57,409 nucleotides of DNA from Candidatus Wildermuthbacteria bacterium RIFCSPHIGHO2_01_FULL_48_25 (GCA_001823155.1 MHTR01000006.1:1-57409); one strand, 5' to 3'. Positions 23,216-32,842 are shown, numbered from the stretch's first letter. The notes: generated by a model from the letters alone, not told the origin. Numbers and translations are program-made.

Positions 23216-23662
23216 TTAGAAACCTATAATCTGTCTCAAAACGGTTGTCAATCCCTTTGCAAGAAGTATAACACCAAAACCCACGGCTGTCCAAAGCAAT
23301 AAGCTTCTTGCTTTTGTAAACTGGGCAGGGTTTCCTCCCGCGGTCAAAAACATGAAGCCCGCGAACACCACCATAATGGGAGTGAACACAATGGCAACCC
23401 CGAACAAAAAGTTCATGATGTTGTTGATAATATCGGTAAACGAATCCGCGCTAAGAGGATTGCACAAAGTTATCTTGTTGGAATCAGTATACTGACAAAT
23501 TCCTTCCCCTCTTTCAGTTGCGGGATTATCTCCAAGACACACGAGGCCGGGGTCACATTGAAAATTAGAATCGCAAGGTTTGCACACCGCTCTCGCGTCT
23601 GAAACACCAGGCAGGAGCAACAGCGCCAGTACCATAACAAAAAAGGCAAGCTTCGCATTCAT
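23216..23662 (-). CDS. T4SS-pilin-like small secreted membrane protein, paralog 5 (Cys-rich variable domain)
   Basis: I start at the internal ATG 23662 (MNAKLAFFVMVLALLLLPGVSDA). Eight-Cys variable region, then the FLFGVAIVFTPIMVVFAGFMFLTAGGNP module. Confidence 0.6.
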   Translation of the reverse strand: MNAKLAFFVMVLALLLLPGVSDARAVCKPCDSNFQCDPGLVCLGDNPATERGEGICQYTDSNKITLCNPLSADSFTDIINNIMNFLFGVAIVFTPIMVVFAGFMFLTAGGNPAQFTKARSLLLWTAVGFGVILLAKGLTTVLRQIIGF

Positions 23663-23806
23663 TCCACCAATTATACTGCACACAAAAATGCCTGCAAGCA
23701 TTATTCTCCACAGCTTGACATTTTCCCAAATATGGTGTTATTATATAGACCAATCGTCTTGTACGAGATTGTGAATGCGGGACAAAACGGCAGAAGGAGG
23801 AAGACG

Positions 23807-25054
23807 GTGCGAAAAGTTCTTGTATTGGGTTTGTTCTTTTCATTAGTACTGGCGCTTGCGTCGGTTGGATGCGCGAGTAAATCCAGCGTAAACAAGCTGG
23901 AATCTCGCGTGACGCGAGTGGAGGTAGGGAACGAAGAGGCGCATACGAAAATCGCCGGCGTGAATACCGGTCTCGAAGTCACGAACGAGAATGTCAACAA
24001 TCTGGGCAACCGAGTAGGCGAGGTAGAAACTCTCGGCGTACGCGTGGGCGAAGCGGAGGTTGACATAACCAACCTCGCGAACGAACTCGCCAGAAAACTC
24101 CCGCGAGAACAGATGATCGAGGTTCTCAGCGAGCTGTACGGCCTCGACTCAAACCTGGACGAGGAAACAAAAAAACTCGTTCAGAACATCCGCGACGCAG
24201 GGTACGCAAAATTGGCAAGGGAAGTCCTGGCAAAAGAGCTGAAGGTTCCCCTGGAAGAACTTGCAAGACTGAATGAGCGACTAACGAACGCTGAAACGAA
24301 ACTGGCAGCGCCAACGCCGACTCCTACGGCTACACGCGCTCCTGCGCCAACGCCAACAGCCACAACAGCCCCTGCGCCCACGGCCACCCCGGTTCCTGTG
24401 CGGACCGTAATACCAACTGCGGCCCCAATACCAACTCGTGTCGCGCCCAGCCCAACGCCAACAAAGACCCCGGTTCCGACGCGCGTGGGCGTCACAGACA
24501 TTCCAAAGGAAACCGTCTTCACGCTGAAGGTGGAGCTCGACAAGAACGGCGACAACAAAGTTCTTGCCATAGTTTCAAACCTACGGGACTGGGCTGACGA
24601 CCCAGGATGTCCAAACGACGCCTTGGCGCAGCGACCAGAAACGTCTTTGGAGTGGGTGCGGTGCCTCACAACAAAAGACAGACTCACGGAGTGGCTCGGC
24701 GTTAGCGAGGTCCCAACACCGGGCGAAGAGTGGCTGGTCCTCGACAAGACCGTGTTCGCGGTCTCCAAAGTAAAGGAAGAGCCCCTCGGGAGACAACCCG
24801 CATTCTGGGTTGAGATCAGACCGTCATCTTTAGCCGACCATCTCCTGGTCGAACTCGAAGCAGGAGCTGTAAAACTGACGGGCGCTGCAGACCCAGGCGG
24901 TGAAACTATTCAGCCCAATGGCCGCTTCCTCGAACGGGACAGGTACGTGGGCTGGATGACGAAATGGACAGTAGGAAAGTGGGCCAGAGGGGAGCCGCCC
25001 AACTACCAAAAACCAGGCGTGTATGCCGTGTATCCGCTCCTCACGGAACGGTAA
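23807..25054 (+). CDS. GC-rich putative lipoprotein: coiled-coil region, Pro/Thr-rich linker, C-terminal globular domain
   Basis: I propose GTG 23807, preceded by GGAGGAAGACG (strong SD). VRKVLVLGLFFSLVLALASVGC is lipobox-like. A heptad-like region (..NRVGEVETLGVRVGEAEVD..) is followed by ~60 aa of PT repeats. Visibly higher GC than its neighbours. Confidence 0.6.
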   Translation: MRKVLVLGLFFSLVLALASVGCASKSSVNKLESRVTRVEVGNEEAHTKIAGVNTGLEVTNENVNNLGNRVGEVETLGVRVGEAEVDITNLANELARKLPREQMIEVLSELYGLDSNLDEETKKLVQNIRDAGYAKLAREVLAKELKVPLEELARLNERLTNAETKLAAPTPTPTATRAPAPTPTATTAPAPTATPVPVRTVIPTAAPIPTRVAPSPTPTKTPVPTRVGVTDIPKETVFTLKVELDKNGDNKVLAIVSNLRDWADDPGCPNDALAQRPETSLEWVRCLTTKDRLTEWLGVSEVPTPGEEWLVLDKTVFAVSKVKEEPLGRQPAFWVEIRPSSLADHLLVELEAGAVKLTGAADPGGETIQPNGRFLERDRYVGWMTKWTVGKWARGEPPNYQKPGVYAVYPLLTER

Positions 25055-25075
25055 AACGGCAAAACGTCGCAACAT

Positions 25076-25114
25076 AGGGCTTACTCGCAAACGCGGTAGG
25101 CCCTTTTTCTTTTT
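25076..25114 (+). terminator. rho-independent terminator
   Basis: AGGGCTTAC-loop-GTAGGCCCT followed by TTTTTCTTTTT. Confidence 0.75.
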
Positions 25115-25119
25115 GAGAG

Positions 25120-27627
25120 TTATAAGCAAGCAGCCGAAGCTACTTTATCCCCAGGGTCAAGGCGCATAATGCGAACTCCCTGCGTTGAGCGGCTGATTTT
25201 CGGTATTGAGGTAACAGCAGTGCGAATGACCTGGCCTTTTCTTGAGATGACGATAAGGTCTTCTTCCTGGCCATTGAGTATGTTGGCGAACACCAGGTTC
25301 CCGGTTTTTGGAGTGACGTTTGCAGTCTTGATGCCAGAACCTCCTCTGGTTTGGAGCCGGTACTCTTTGACGTCTGTTTTCTTTCCATAGCCATTTTCAG
25401 AAAGAATGAATAAGTAATCCACTTTCTGCTCTTTACTGTCCAGCGAAGGAATGACATTCATGCCAACCACTTCATCACCCTTCTTCAACCTAATGGCGCG
25501 AATGCCAGCGGCAGTTCTTCCCATGACCCGCACGTCTTTTTCCTTGAAGCGAATGGATTGGCCCAGTTTGGTGACAATAATGAGCTCGTCTTCTCCTGTG
25601 GTTTTTTGAACTCCACGCAACAGGTCACCTTTTTTCAAGGTAATGGCAATAAGGCCCGAGCGCCTCACGTTTTTAAAGTCATCAAGTTCTGACTTTTTGA
25701 TAACCCCGTCTTTGGTGACGAATACTAAATTCTTGATTCCAGCCTGAATGTCATCTTTGCCAATAGCAAACAAGGTAAGAACCCTGTCTTCTGAAGTAAT
25801 GTCAACAAAGTTCAAAAGGCCTCTTCCCTTGGAAACTCTCGTGCCCTCCGGGATTTCGTACACCGGAGTTTGGAAGAGTTTTCCTGAATCGGTGAACACC
25901 ATCATGTGGTCATGCGTTTGGCCGTAGAGGAAGTGCTCCACAATATCTTCTCCCATGGTCTTCATGCCCACAATCCCTTTTCCTCCGCGCTTTTGTATTT
26001 TGTAGGTCGCCGGATTAATGCGCTTGATGTATCCACCCTGGGTCAAAGTTACAATGGTGTCTTCCTGGGGGATAAGGTCTACCTCTGCTATTTCTCCCAC
26101 AGCGCTCGCAACTACTTTTGTTCTCCTTTCGTCTTTGTATGTTTCTTTGAGTTCTTTAAACTCTTTTACCACCACCTCGTCTATTTTCTTGGGGCTTGCC
26201 AGAATGGTCATTAACTCTTTGATGCGAGCGCGAATGGCTTTTAATTCATCCTCGATCTTGTTTCGCTCCAGGCGCGCCAGCTGGGAAAGCCGCATATCCA
26301 AAATGGCGTTTGCTTGGATTTCCGTCAGTTTGAACGCCTTCATCAGCTTTACTTTGGCGTCTTCGCGGTCTTCTGCCTTCCTGATAAGCGCGATGACTTT
26401 ATCAATATTCGAAAGCGCCTTCCACAACCCTTCCAAAATGTGCTCGCGTTCTTTTGCCTTTGTTAATTCCCACTTTGTTCTGCGCGTCACCACAACTCTC
26501 CGGTGCTCAATGAAGAAAGACAGCATGTCTGCCAAAGACAAAACCTTTGGCTGAATGCCGTCTACCAAAGCCAAGAGATTCAAATGGAACGTCTTTTGCA
26601 AATCTGAAAACTTATACAAGCGGTTGATGATTTTCTGCGGGTAGGCGTCTCTCTGCAGGTCAAACACTACTCTCATGCCGTCTTTATCAGACTCGTCTCT
26701 GATGTCTTTTATTCCCTCCACTTTCTTTTCCTGAACGAGTTTGGCGAACTGCTCGAGCAAAGAGGACTTCACCACCTGGTAAGGAATTTCCGTAATGATG
26801 ATCTGCGGAGTTCTTGCCTGCCCTGAGCGCTTCGAAGGGTCTTCTTCCACCACATCTATTTTTCCGCGGACCACAATGGGGCCCTTGCCCTGGGAATACG
26901 CCTGAATGATCTCTTGCTTGTTGAAAATGGTGCCGCCAGTAGGAAAGTCTGGGCCTTTCACGAACTGAAACAAGTCCTCAGTGTCTGCTTTTGGATGCTC
27001 AATAAGGTAAAGCAAGGCATCAACAACCTCAGTAAGGTTATGGGGAGGAATGTTGGTTGCCATTCCCACCGCGATCCCCAGAGTTCCGTTGAGCAAGAGC
27101 TGGGGAAGCGGAGAAGGAAGAACCGTGGGTTCTCTTCTCGTTCCGTCATAGTTGTCCACAAAATCCACTGTGTCTTTTTCAATATCCTGCAGCGTTAATT
27201 CTCCCAAGCGCGCCATCCTTGCTTCGCTGTAACGCATCGCGGCCGGCGGGTCGCCATCTATGGAACCAAAGTTCCCCTGGCCTTCGACCAAGGGGTATCG
27301 CATGGAGAAATCCTGCGCCATGCGCACCATGGAGTCATACACCGCGACATCTCCGTGCGGGTGGTATCTTCCCAACACGGCACCCACAACTGTGGCAGAC
27401 TTTCTGAACTTTGCCGCGTGGGTCAAGCCCTCTTCCTGCATTGCGAAGAGTATTCTGCGGTGAACGGGCTTCAACCCGTCGCGAACGTCGGGTAAGGCGC
27501 GCGCAACAATAACAGACATTGCGTAGTCTAAGTACGAACTGCGCATTTCTTCCACTATCTCCCTGTCTTTCACTGCGCCAATTGCAGTTCCGCCAGCTGG
27601 CGGATTTTCTTTTTCTTCTTTTGCCAT
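25120..27627 (-). CDS. gyrA: DNA gyrase subunit A
   Basis: 835 aa. [14 protein letters not shown] and [10 protein letters not shown] active-site region, with a C-terminal beta-pinwheel repeat domain. Confidence 0.95.
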   Translation of the reverse strand: MAKEEKENPPAGGTAIGAVKDREIVEEMRSSYLDYAMSVIVARALPDVRDGLKPVHRRILFAMQEEGLTHAAKFRKSATVVGAVLGRYHPHGDVAVYDSMVRMAQDFSMRYPLVEGQGNFGSIDGDPPAAMRYSEARMARLGELTLQDIEKDTVDFVDNYDGTRREPTVLPSPLPQLLLNGTLGIAVGMATNIPPHNLTEVVDALLYLIEHPKADTEDLFQFVKGPDFPTGGTIFNKQEIIQAYSQGKGPIVVRGKIDVVEEDPSKRSGQARTPQIIITEIPYQVVKSSLLEQFAKLVQEKKVEGIKDIRDESDKDGMRVVFDLQRDAYPQKIINRLYKFSDLQKTFHLNLLALVDGIQPKVLSLADMLSFFIEHRRVVVTRRTKWELTKAKEREHILEGLWKALSNIDKVIALIRKAEDREDAKVKLMKAFKLTEIQANAILDMRLSQLARLERNKIEDELKAIRARIKELMTILASPKKIDEVVVKEFKELKETYKDERRTKVVASAVGEIAEVDLIPQEDTIVTLTQGGYIKRINPATYKIQKRGGKGIVGMKTMGEDIVEHFLYGQTHDHMMVFTDSGKLFQTPVYEIPEGTRVSKGRGLLNFVDITSEDRVLTLFAIGKDDIQAGIKNLVFVTKDGVIKKSELDDFKNVRRSGLIAITLKKGDLLRGVQKTTGEDELIIVTKLGQSIRFKEKDVRVMGRTAAGIRAIRLKKGDEVVGMNVIPSLDSKEQKVDYLFILSENGYGKKTDVKEYRLQTRGGSGIKTANVTPKTGNLVFANILNGQEEDLIVISRKGQVIRTAVTSIPKISRSTQGVRIMRLDPGDKVASAACL

Positions 27628-27630
27628 ACC

Positions 27631-28299
27631 TTAGGGGGTAAGAACAACTATTTTTGTTTCTTCTGTGGTTATATCCCTTGCCTTAATGGTAAGTTTTTCC
27701 TGGGGCTGAATGTTCTTTGCTCCCATGACTTTCAAGAACTCATCCACTCCCGCCAGTTTCACCTTGAGCTTGGGAAGAGCATAATGCATGGGAATCGCTA
27801 TTTTCGGCTCAATTTGGTTCACAATGTGCGAAGCGCCTTTTGCGTCTATAGTGTATACGCCTCCTACTGGAATAAACAGAATGTCAATATCCCCAATTGC
27901 TTCCAACTGCTCGGCTGTCAACTCTTTTTGGCCAAAATCTCCCATGTGGCACAAACGCATGTCTTCCACCTCAATAGTATAGATGGTGTTCGTGCCCCGC
28001 TCTTTCCCTTCTTGTTCGTCATGATAGGAGAAAATGCCCTGCACGAAAGCTCCTTTTGCGTCATACTCTCCAGGGTTTGCGATCAAAAAAGGAGTGCCCT
28101 TCAGGGAAGTACCCTTCAGGGCCTTTGCGTTGTTGTGGTCAAAGTGGTCGTGGGTAAAGAGCGCGATGTCTGCTTCAAGAGGAGAAAGCTTTAAGCCAAT
28201 GTCATCCCCATAAGGGTCAACAACGATTTTCAAGGTCTCTTGCTTTGAGGGACTGGCCGTAATTTGGAAGCACGCTTGCCCTTTCCAAACAATTTGCAT
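27631..28299 (-). CDS. metallo-beta-lactamase-fold hydrolase (UPF0173-like)
   Basis: 222 aa. THDHFDH metal-binding motif. Confidence 0.8.
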   Translation of the reverse strand: MQIVWKGQACFQITASPSKQETLKIVVDPYGDDIGLKLSPLEADIALFTHDHFDHNNAKALKGTSLKGTPFLIANPGEYDAKGAFVQGIFSYHDEQEGKERGTNTIYTIEVEDMRLCHMGDFGQKELTAEQLEAIGDIDILFIPVGGVYTIDAKGASHIVNQIEPKIAIPMHYALPKLKVKLAGVDEFLKVMGAKNIQPQEKLTIKARDITTEETKIVVLTP

Positions 28300-28319
28300 A
28301 TACAGACATTATAGCACGA

Positions 28320-28348
28320 TTGACACTCGCGCTCAACTCCGCTATATT
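28320..28348 (+). promoter_or_regulatory. consensus-like sigma70 promoter of the S1 gene, positioned for a leaderless transcript
   Basis: TTGACA (28320-28325), 17-nt spacer, TATATT (28343-28348). ATG 28356 lies 7 nt downstream. The track ORF used the TTG of the -35 as its start. Confidence 0.55.
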
Positions 28349-28355
28349 GGGAGAT

Positions 28356-29501
28356 ATGCTTGAAACAGCGGTCATGGACAAACCTTTACACAGCAATCTG
28401 GAAATGGTGCGGCCCCTGCGCCAGGGAGAAATTGTGGAGGGCAGGGTGGTAGGCCTTGGAAAGTCTGCCCTGTTTTTGGATTTGGGGCCCCAAGGAACCG
28501 GCATTATTTACGGCAGAGCGTTTTTGGAAGAAAAGGACTCGCTGCGCGACTTGAAAATGGGAGACATGCTTTCGGTAAAAGTGATGGATATAGACAACGA
28601 AGAGGGGTATGTTGAGCTTTCGGTGCGAGAAGCAGGAAGGGAAATCACCTGGAAAAAGCTCCATGAGCTGAAGGAAAAAGAAGAGCTCTTCAAAGTAAAG
28701 GTGCTCGGAGCCAACAAAGGAGGCCTGCTTGCCCAGATTGAGGGGGTGCAAGCGTTCTTGCCCGTGTCCCAGCTCGCTCAAGAGCACTATCCCAAAGTGG
28801 AAGGAGGAAACCCCAACCAGATCTTAAAAGAACTCCAGAAGTTCATGGGTGAAGAACTGGAAGTTGAGATTTTGGATTTGGACCCCAAAGAAGGAAAAGT
28901 GATTTTGTCTGAAAAATCAAAAGAGCGGACCAAGATGAAAGAGCTTTTGGCGAAATTCACCGTAGGTGACGTGGTGGAGGGTGAAATTACGGGCATTGTG
29001 GAGTTCGGAGCGTTCATGAAGTTCGGAAACATAGAAGGACTCATCCATATTTCGGAGATTGACTGGCAAATAATTGAAGACCCTTCCCTCTACTTGAAAG
29101 TGGGAGAAACAGTGAAAGCAAAAATCATAGACATTTCGAACAGCAGAGTATCGCTTTCTTTGAAAGCATTGAAAGAAGACCCGTGGAAAGAGATTGAAAC
29201 AAAGTATAAGAAACTCGACGTCATTAAAGGAAAGGTGACAAAGATCAATCCTTTTGGAGCGTTCGTTGAAGTGGAAGCTAAAATTCAGGGCCTGTGCCAC
29301 ATTTCAGAGTTCGGCACACGGGAGAAAATGGAACAGAAGCTTGTTTCCGGAAACACCTATGACTTTCAAATTTTAGACATCAACATTCAAGAGCACCGCA
29401 TGAGTTTACGCCTTGTTGAACCCTTCGACTCCGCTCAGGGTAAAGAAAGCACCCCTCTGAAAACAGCGGAAGAACCCAAGGCAGAGGAACCCGAAAAATA
29501 A
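28356..29501 (+). CDS. rpsA: S1 RNA-binding domain protein (30S ribosomal protein S1-like, 4 S1 repeats)
   Basis: Four repeats of the G.VV.G.V...GAFV..G...G..H.SE type. Start taken at ATG 28356. Confidence 0.7.
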   Translation: MLETAVMDKPLHSNLEMVRPLRQGEIVEGRVVGLGKSALFLDLGPQGTGIIYGRAFLEEKDSLRDLKMGDMLSVKVMDIDNEEGYVELSVREAGREITWKKLHELKEKEELFKVKVLGANKGGLLAQIEGVQAFLPVSQLAQEHYPKVEGGNPNQILKELQKFMGEELEVEILDLDPKEGKVILSEKSKERTKMKELLAKFTVGDVVEGEITGIVEFGAFMKFGNIEGLIHISEIDWQIIEDPSLYLKVGETVKAKIIDISNSRVSLSLKALKEDPWKEIETKYKKLDVIKGKVTKINPFGAFVEVEAKIQGLCHISEFGTREKMEQKLVSGNTYDFQILDINIQEHRMSLRLVEPFDSAQGKESTPLKTAEEPKAEEPEK

Positions 29502-29502
29502 C

Positions 29503-29533
29503 AAAAAGGACTTACGAGGTCCTTTTTGGTTTC
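29503..29533 (+). terminator. rho-independent terminator after the S1 gene
   Basis: AAAAAGGAC-ttacgag-GTCCTTTTT then GGTTT. Confidence 0.8.
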
Positions 29534-29571
29534 ACAATAAAGTGTGTGTTTGTGAACAATACCTGTTTTTC

Positions 29572-29600
29572 TTGACATAAAAGATTTCTTATGCTATATA
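29572..29600 (+). promoter_or_regulatory. consensus sigma70 promoter of the orphan gene 29677-30855
   Basis: TTGACA (29572-29577), 17-nt spacer ending in TGc, TATATA (29595-29600). Confidence 0.6.
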
Positions 29601-29612
29601 TATAATCGGTAC

Positions 29613-29630
29613 GGGAAACGAGCGTTTCCC
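29613..29630 (+). promoter_or_regulatory. 5' leader hairpin
   Basis: GGGAAACG-ag-CGTTTCCC followed by TCTAAAAA. Resembles the GGAAACG..CGTTTCC-(TAT)CTCTAA arm of element copies A and D. Confidence 0.5.
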
Positions 29631-29676
29631 TCTAAAAATAGGCTGAAAACACAGCACAGGAAGGAGTATAGTTCAG

Positions 29677-30855
29677 GTGACATACCAAGACCCAACCTCC
29701 CAGGCAACTGAAGATGCCGAGGGAGGGGTGACGCAAGAAACGGCAGAAAGGATGTTCGGCGGGGCTGGACGCGTCGAAAGGGCGCGGCCAAATGGGAACG
29801 GCGGGGCGAAGCCACAAGTTCGCGTCGTCGAGCCGGAACCCGAAGCGCTTCCAACCAGGAAGTATACACGCATCGCACCGCACAGCCGCCCAGTCCATTT
29901 GGACGAGTTCGCTGCCGCAGCCCTTATCAGACTGTTTCCGCACCAGGCGGAGGATCGGTGGCCCGGCATAGCAAGAGCCGAATTTCTGCCATTCGATCTC
30001 GACTTGGAGGATGCCCGCGACTTGCGGGACGACGAGGGAGTTCTGAAGCTCGGCTGGAACCCCTTGCCCAACAGGATGCTACGCGAAGACGTAGTGGACG
30101 AACATTCCCTGCCCGACGAAGAACGGCGGGAACGGTGTACCACCACTCTTGTAGCAGGGCTCCTGGATCTGAATTCCAAGGATCGTTTCCTACTCAAGCC
30201 GGTACTCGCCGAAGTCCTGGAAAGCGACAAGAGGGGTCGAAGACCTTTGAGCTCTATGCACTTGGCGGATCTCGTCATGGCACCGTTCACCAACGGCAAC
30301 GGCGAGACGTACCGAGAGGTGCTCCAGATCGTAGTCTGGGCGGTACGAAAGGTGATGGAGAAACAGCAGCGATTCCTCAGCGCTGCGGAAAGATTGAAGC
30401 CCGACCACACCTGGTACATCCCGGGGCCAAGAGGCCTGGTGACGGTTCATGTCCTTAACTACGCAGACTCAAGCGAGCTTGAACAGTTCGAGGGCGCTGT
30501 CACCGCGGTGTGCCGCATAAGGGGAGCCGAGATAATCGTCATCCGGAACCCCGACGGCCACATCCAGGTCATCGGCGACCCGCAAAAGAGGTTGCCAATG
30601 CACGACGTGGCCCTCGGCTTGAGGGCATACGAATGCCACCTACGAGGCAGGAACCTCCCGCCGCTTGCCGAGCTTCGGAGAAAGGGAACGATCCCCGAGG
30701 TGCCGGAATGGCACTTCTCCGATTCCGGAAACGTCCTCAACGGCGGGGAGGCACAGCCCTGGACCCCGGCCACGCTCCTTCAGCTCGAGAACGTTGAGAA
30801 AGCGCTCGAGCACGTCTTCGATCCGGCCTGGATGAAGGCGCACGGGTTCGTCTAG
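29677..30855 (+). CDS. GC-rich orphan protein, unknown function
   Basis: 392 aa, GTG start with AAGGAG 10 nt upstream, own promoter and terminator. My 60-nt sample at 29701-29760 is 58% GC, against roughly 43% by eye in the adjacent S1 gene. The weak motif IAPHSRPVHLDEFAAAALIRLF recalls the MYG1/UPF0160 N-terminal HxDE motif (very tentative). Confidence 0.6.
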   Translation: MTYQDPTSQATEDAEGGVTQETAERMFGGAGRVERARPNGNGGAKPQVRVVEPEPEALPTRKYTRIAPHSRPVHLDEFAAAALIRLFPHQAEDRWPGIARAEFLPFDLDLEDARDLRDDEGVLKLGWNPLPNRMLREDVVDEHSLPDEERRERCTTTLVAGLLDLNSKDRFLLKPVLAEVLESDKRGRRPLSSMHLADLVMAPFTNGNGETYREVLQIVVWAVRKVMEKQQRFLSAAERLKPDHTWYIPGPRGLVTVHVLNYADSSELEQFEGAVTAVCRIRGAEIIVIRNPDGHIQVIGDPQKRLPMHDVALGLRAYECHLRGRNLPPLAELRRKGTIPEVPEWHFSDSGNVLNGGEAQPWTPATLLQLENVEKALEHVFDPAWMKAHGFV

Positions 30856-30873
30856 CTCAAAAGGAGAACATTC

Positions 30874-30912
30874 AAGGCCTTCTCGCACCAAGCGGGAAGG
30901 CCTTTTCTTTTG
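30874..30912 (+). terminator. rho-independent terminator
   Basis: AAGGCCTTC-loop-GAAGGCCTT followed by TTCTTTTG. Confidence 0.8.
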
Positions 30913-30941
30913 TCGTATTTCTGCTACTATTGAACGTGAAC

Positions 30942-32774
30942 ATGAAAAACTTTGGGAAGAACATCGCGGTAGTCATTTTGATCCTGCTGGGCCTGGCCTT
31001 GCTCTTTTCGTTGTTTGCCCAACCTTTTGAAGCGCCCAAGACTGTTTCATTGACGCAGCTTACAAAAGACATTAACGAAGATAGGGTGGAAAAAATAGAG
31101 GTGGCAGACCAAGTGCTCGCTGTTTCTTATACAGACGGAAGCAAGGTACAAAGCAGAAAAGAAACAGAGGCAGCTCTTTCTGAAACGTTAACGAACCTGG
31201 GAGTGGAACAGGGGAAACTGGCGAACGTGGAAATCGCGAACGTTGAGCAAACGAGCTTTTTAGAAATCATTTCTCCTTTCCTGTTCATTCTGCTCCCCAT
31301 TCTGTTCTTCGTGTTCTTTTTCTTCTTCATCTTCAGGCAAGCGAGAGCGGGTTTGGGCCAGGCGTTTGATTTCACCCGTTCAAAAGCAAGACTCTTTGGA
31401 GCTGAAGGCCAGGTGAAAGAACGGGTTTCGTTCAAGGACGTGGCGGGGCTGAAAGAGGCGAAAGAAGAACTCTATGAAGTGGTGGATTTCTTGAAGAACC
31501 CGAGAAAGTACTTGGAAATGGGAGCAAAGATCCCAAGGGGAGTATTGCTCGTGGGAGCTCCTGGAACAGGAAAAACATTACTCGCGCGCGCAGTGGCTTC
31601 TGAAGCAGGAGTGCCGTTCTTTTCTGCTTCTGGTTCTGAATTCGTTGAGCTCTTTGTGGGAGTGGGAAGCTCAAGAGTACGGGATCTCTTTGGCACCGCA
31701 AAAAAAGCAGGGCGCGCCATCATCTTTATTGATGAATTAGACGCAATCGGGCGCATGCGCGGCATGGGATTCACTGGAGGGCATGAAGAGCGGGAACAAA
31801 CCCTGAATCAAATATTGGTGGAAATGGACGGGTTTGACCGTGAAGACGGAAGGATCGTGCTCTCGGCTACTAACAGACCTGACGTCTTAGATCCGGCACT
31901 GCTTCGGCCTGGCCGCTTCGACAGACGGATCATCCTCGACCTTCCCGACGTCAACGACCGCGAAGAGATATTGAAAATACACAGCAAGGGCAAACCTCTC
32001 GCAGAAAACACAAAACTAAGAGAGATCGCGGAACGAACTCCGGGATTCGCGGGAGCTGACTTAGCCAACCTCATGAACGAGGCAGCCATTCTCGCGGCCC
32101 GCCACAACAAAACACATATCGCGCAGGATGACCTTACCGAGAGCATTGAAAAGGTTTTGCTGGGGCCGGAGCGCAAGAGCCACGTGCTTTCCAGGAACGA
32201 AAAAGAGGTGACTGCGTACCACGAAGCAGGGCATGCCTTGGTTTCCTCGTCTTTGCCTTTCGCAGACCCGGTGCGCAAGATTTCCATCATCTCAAGAGGA
32301 CGGGCAGGCGGATACACCTTAAAACTGCCTGAATTCGACAAGCACCTAAAAACAAAGGCGGAATTCCTCGCAGACTTAGCCACCTTAATGGGAGGATATG
32401 TTGCTGAAAAACTCGTGTTCAAAGACGTCACCACGGGAGCAAGCAACGACCTGCAGCAGGCGTCAGAACTGGCGCGAAAGCTCGTCAAAGAATTCGGCAT
32501 GTCTGAAAAGTTCGGACCTGTCACCTTTGGAAGGGCAGAGGGCGGCATGATGTTCCCCGGAGACTGGGGAGAAACCAAACCCTATTCAGACGCGGTTGCC
32601 GCAGACATTGACCAGGAAGTCGCAAAGATCTTGGAACAGTCACAGAAAACCGCGGAGCGCGTCTTAAAGCAGCGCAAAGGTACTCTTGCTAAGATAGCCA
32701 AGGTTCTGATAGAAAAGGAAACAATAGAGCGAGACGAGTTTGAGAAGTTGATCGCGAAACAAAGGGGCCAGTAG
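30942..32774 (+). CDS. ftsH: ATP-dependent zinc metalloprotease FtsH
   Basis: Start at ATG 30942 (MKNFGKN...). [18 protein letters not shown] and HEAGHAL motifs. Confidence 0.95.
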   Translation: MKNFGKNIAVVILILLGLALLFSLFAQPFEAPKTVSLTQLTKDINEDRVEKIEVADQVLAVSYTDGSKVQSRKETEAALSETLTNLGVEQGKLANVEIANVEQTSFLEIISPFLFILLPILFFVFFFFFIFRQARAGLGQAFDFTRSKARLFGAEGQVKERVSFKDVAGLKEAKEELYEVVDFLKNPRKYLEMGAKIPRGVLLVGAPGTGKTLLARAVASEAGVPFFSASGSEFVELFVGVGSSRVRDLFGTAKKAGRAIIFIDELDAIGRMRGMGFTGGHEEREQTLNQILVEMDGFDREDGRIVLSATNRPDVLDPALLRPGRFDRRIILDLPDVNDREEILKIHSKGKPLAENTKLREIAERTPGFAGADLANLMNEAAILAARHNKTHIAQDDLTESIEKVLLGPERKSHVLSRNEKEVTAYHEAGHALVSSSLPFADPVRKISIISRGRAGGYTLKLPEFDKHLKTKAEFLADLATLMGGYVAEKLVFKDVTTGASNDLQQASELARKLVKEFGMSEKFGPVTFGRAEGGMMFPGDWGETKPYSDAVAADIDQEVAKILEQSQKTAERVLKQRKGTLAKIAKVLIEKETIERDEFEKLIAKQRGQ

Positions 32775-32837
32775 CTTAGCGGCTAAAGCTTCAAGCTTAT
32801 ACCTTGATGAGCGATGGTTCGAGTCCATCCTGGCCCA
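32765..32837 (+). tRNA. tRNA-Ile(UAU)
   Basis: Acceptor GGGCCAG/CTGGCCC, D stem GCTT/AAGC, anticodon stem TCAAG/CTTGA with loop CTTATAC, T arm GATGG-TTCGAGT-CCATC. The first 10 nt overlap the last ftsH codons. Confidence 0.8.
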
Positions 32838-32842
32838 CACAG

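Noticed and set aside
25906-26554. Plus-strand ORFs inside gyrA, and similar antisense ORFs inside pilB, nrdJ, infB, ftsH and the cluster-2 ATPase
   Set aside because: They overlap strongly supported genes on the other strand, and their translations are low-complexity.
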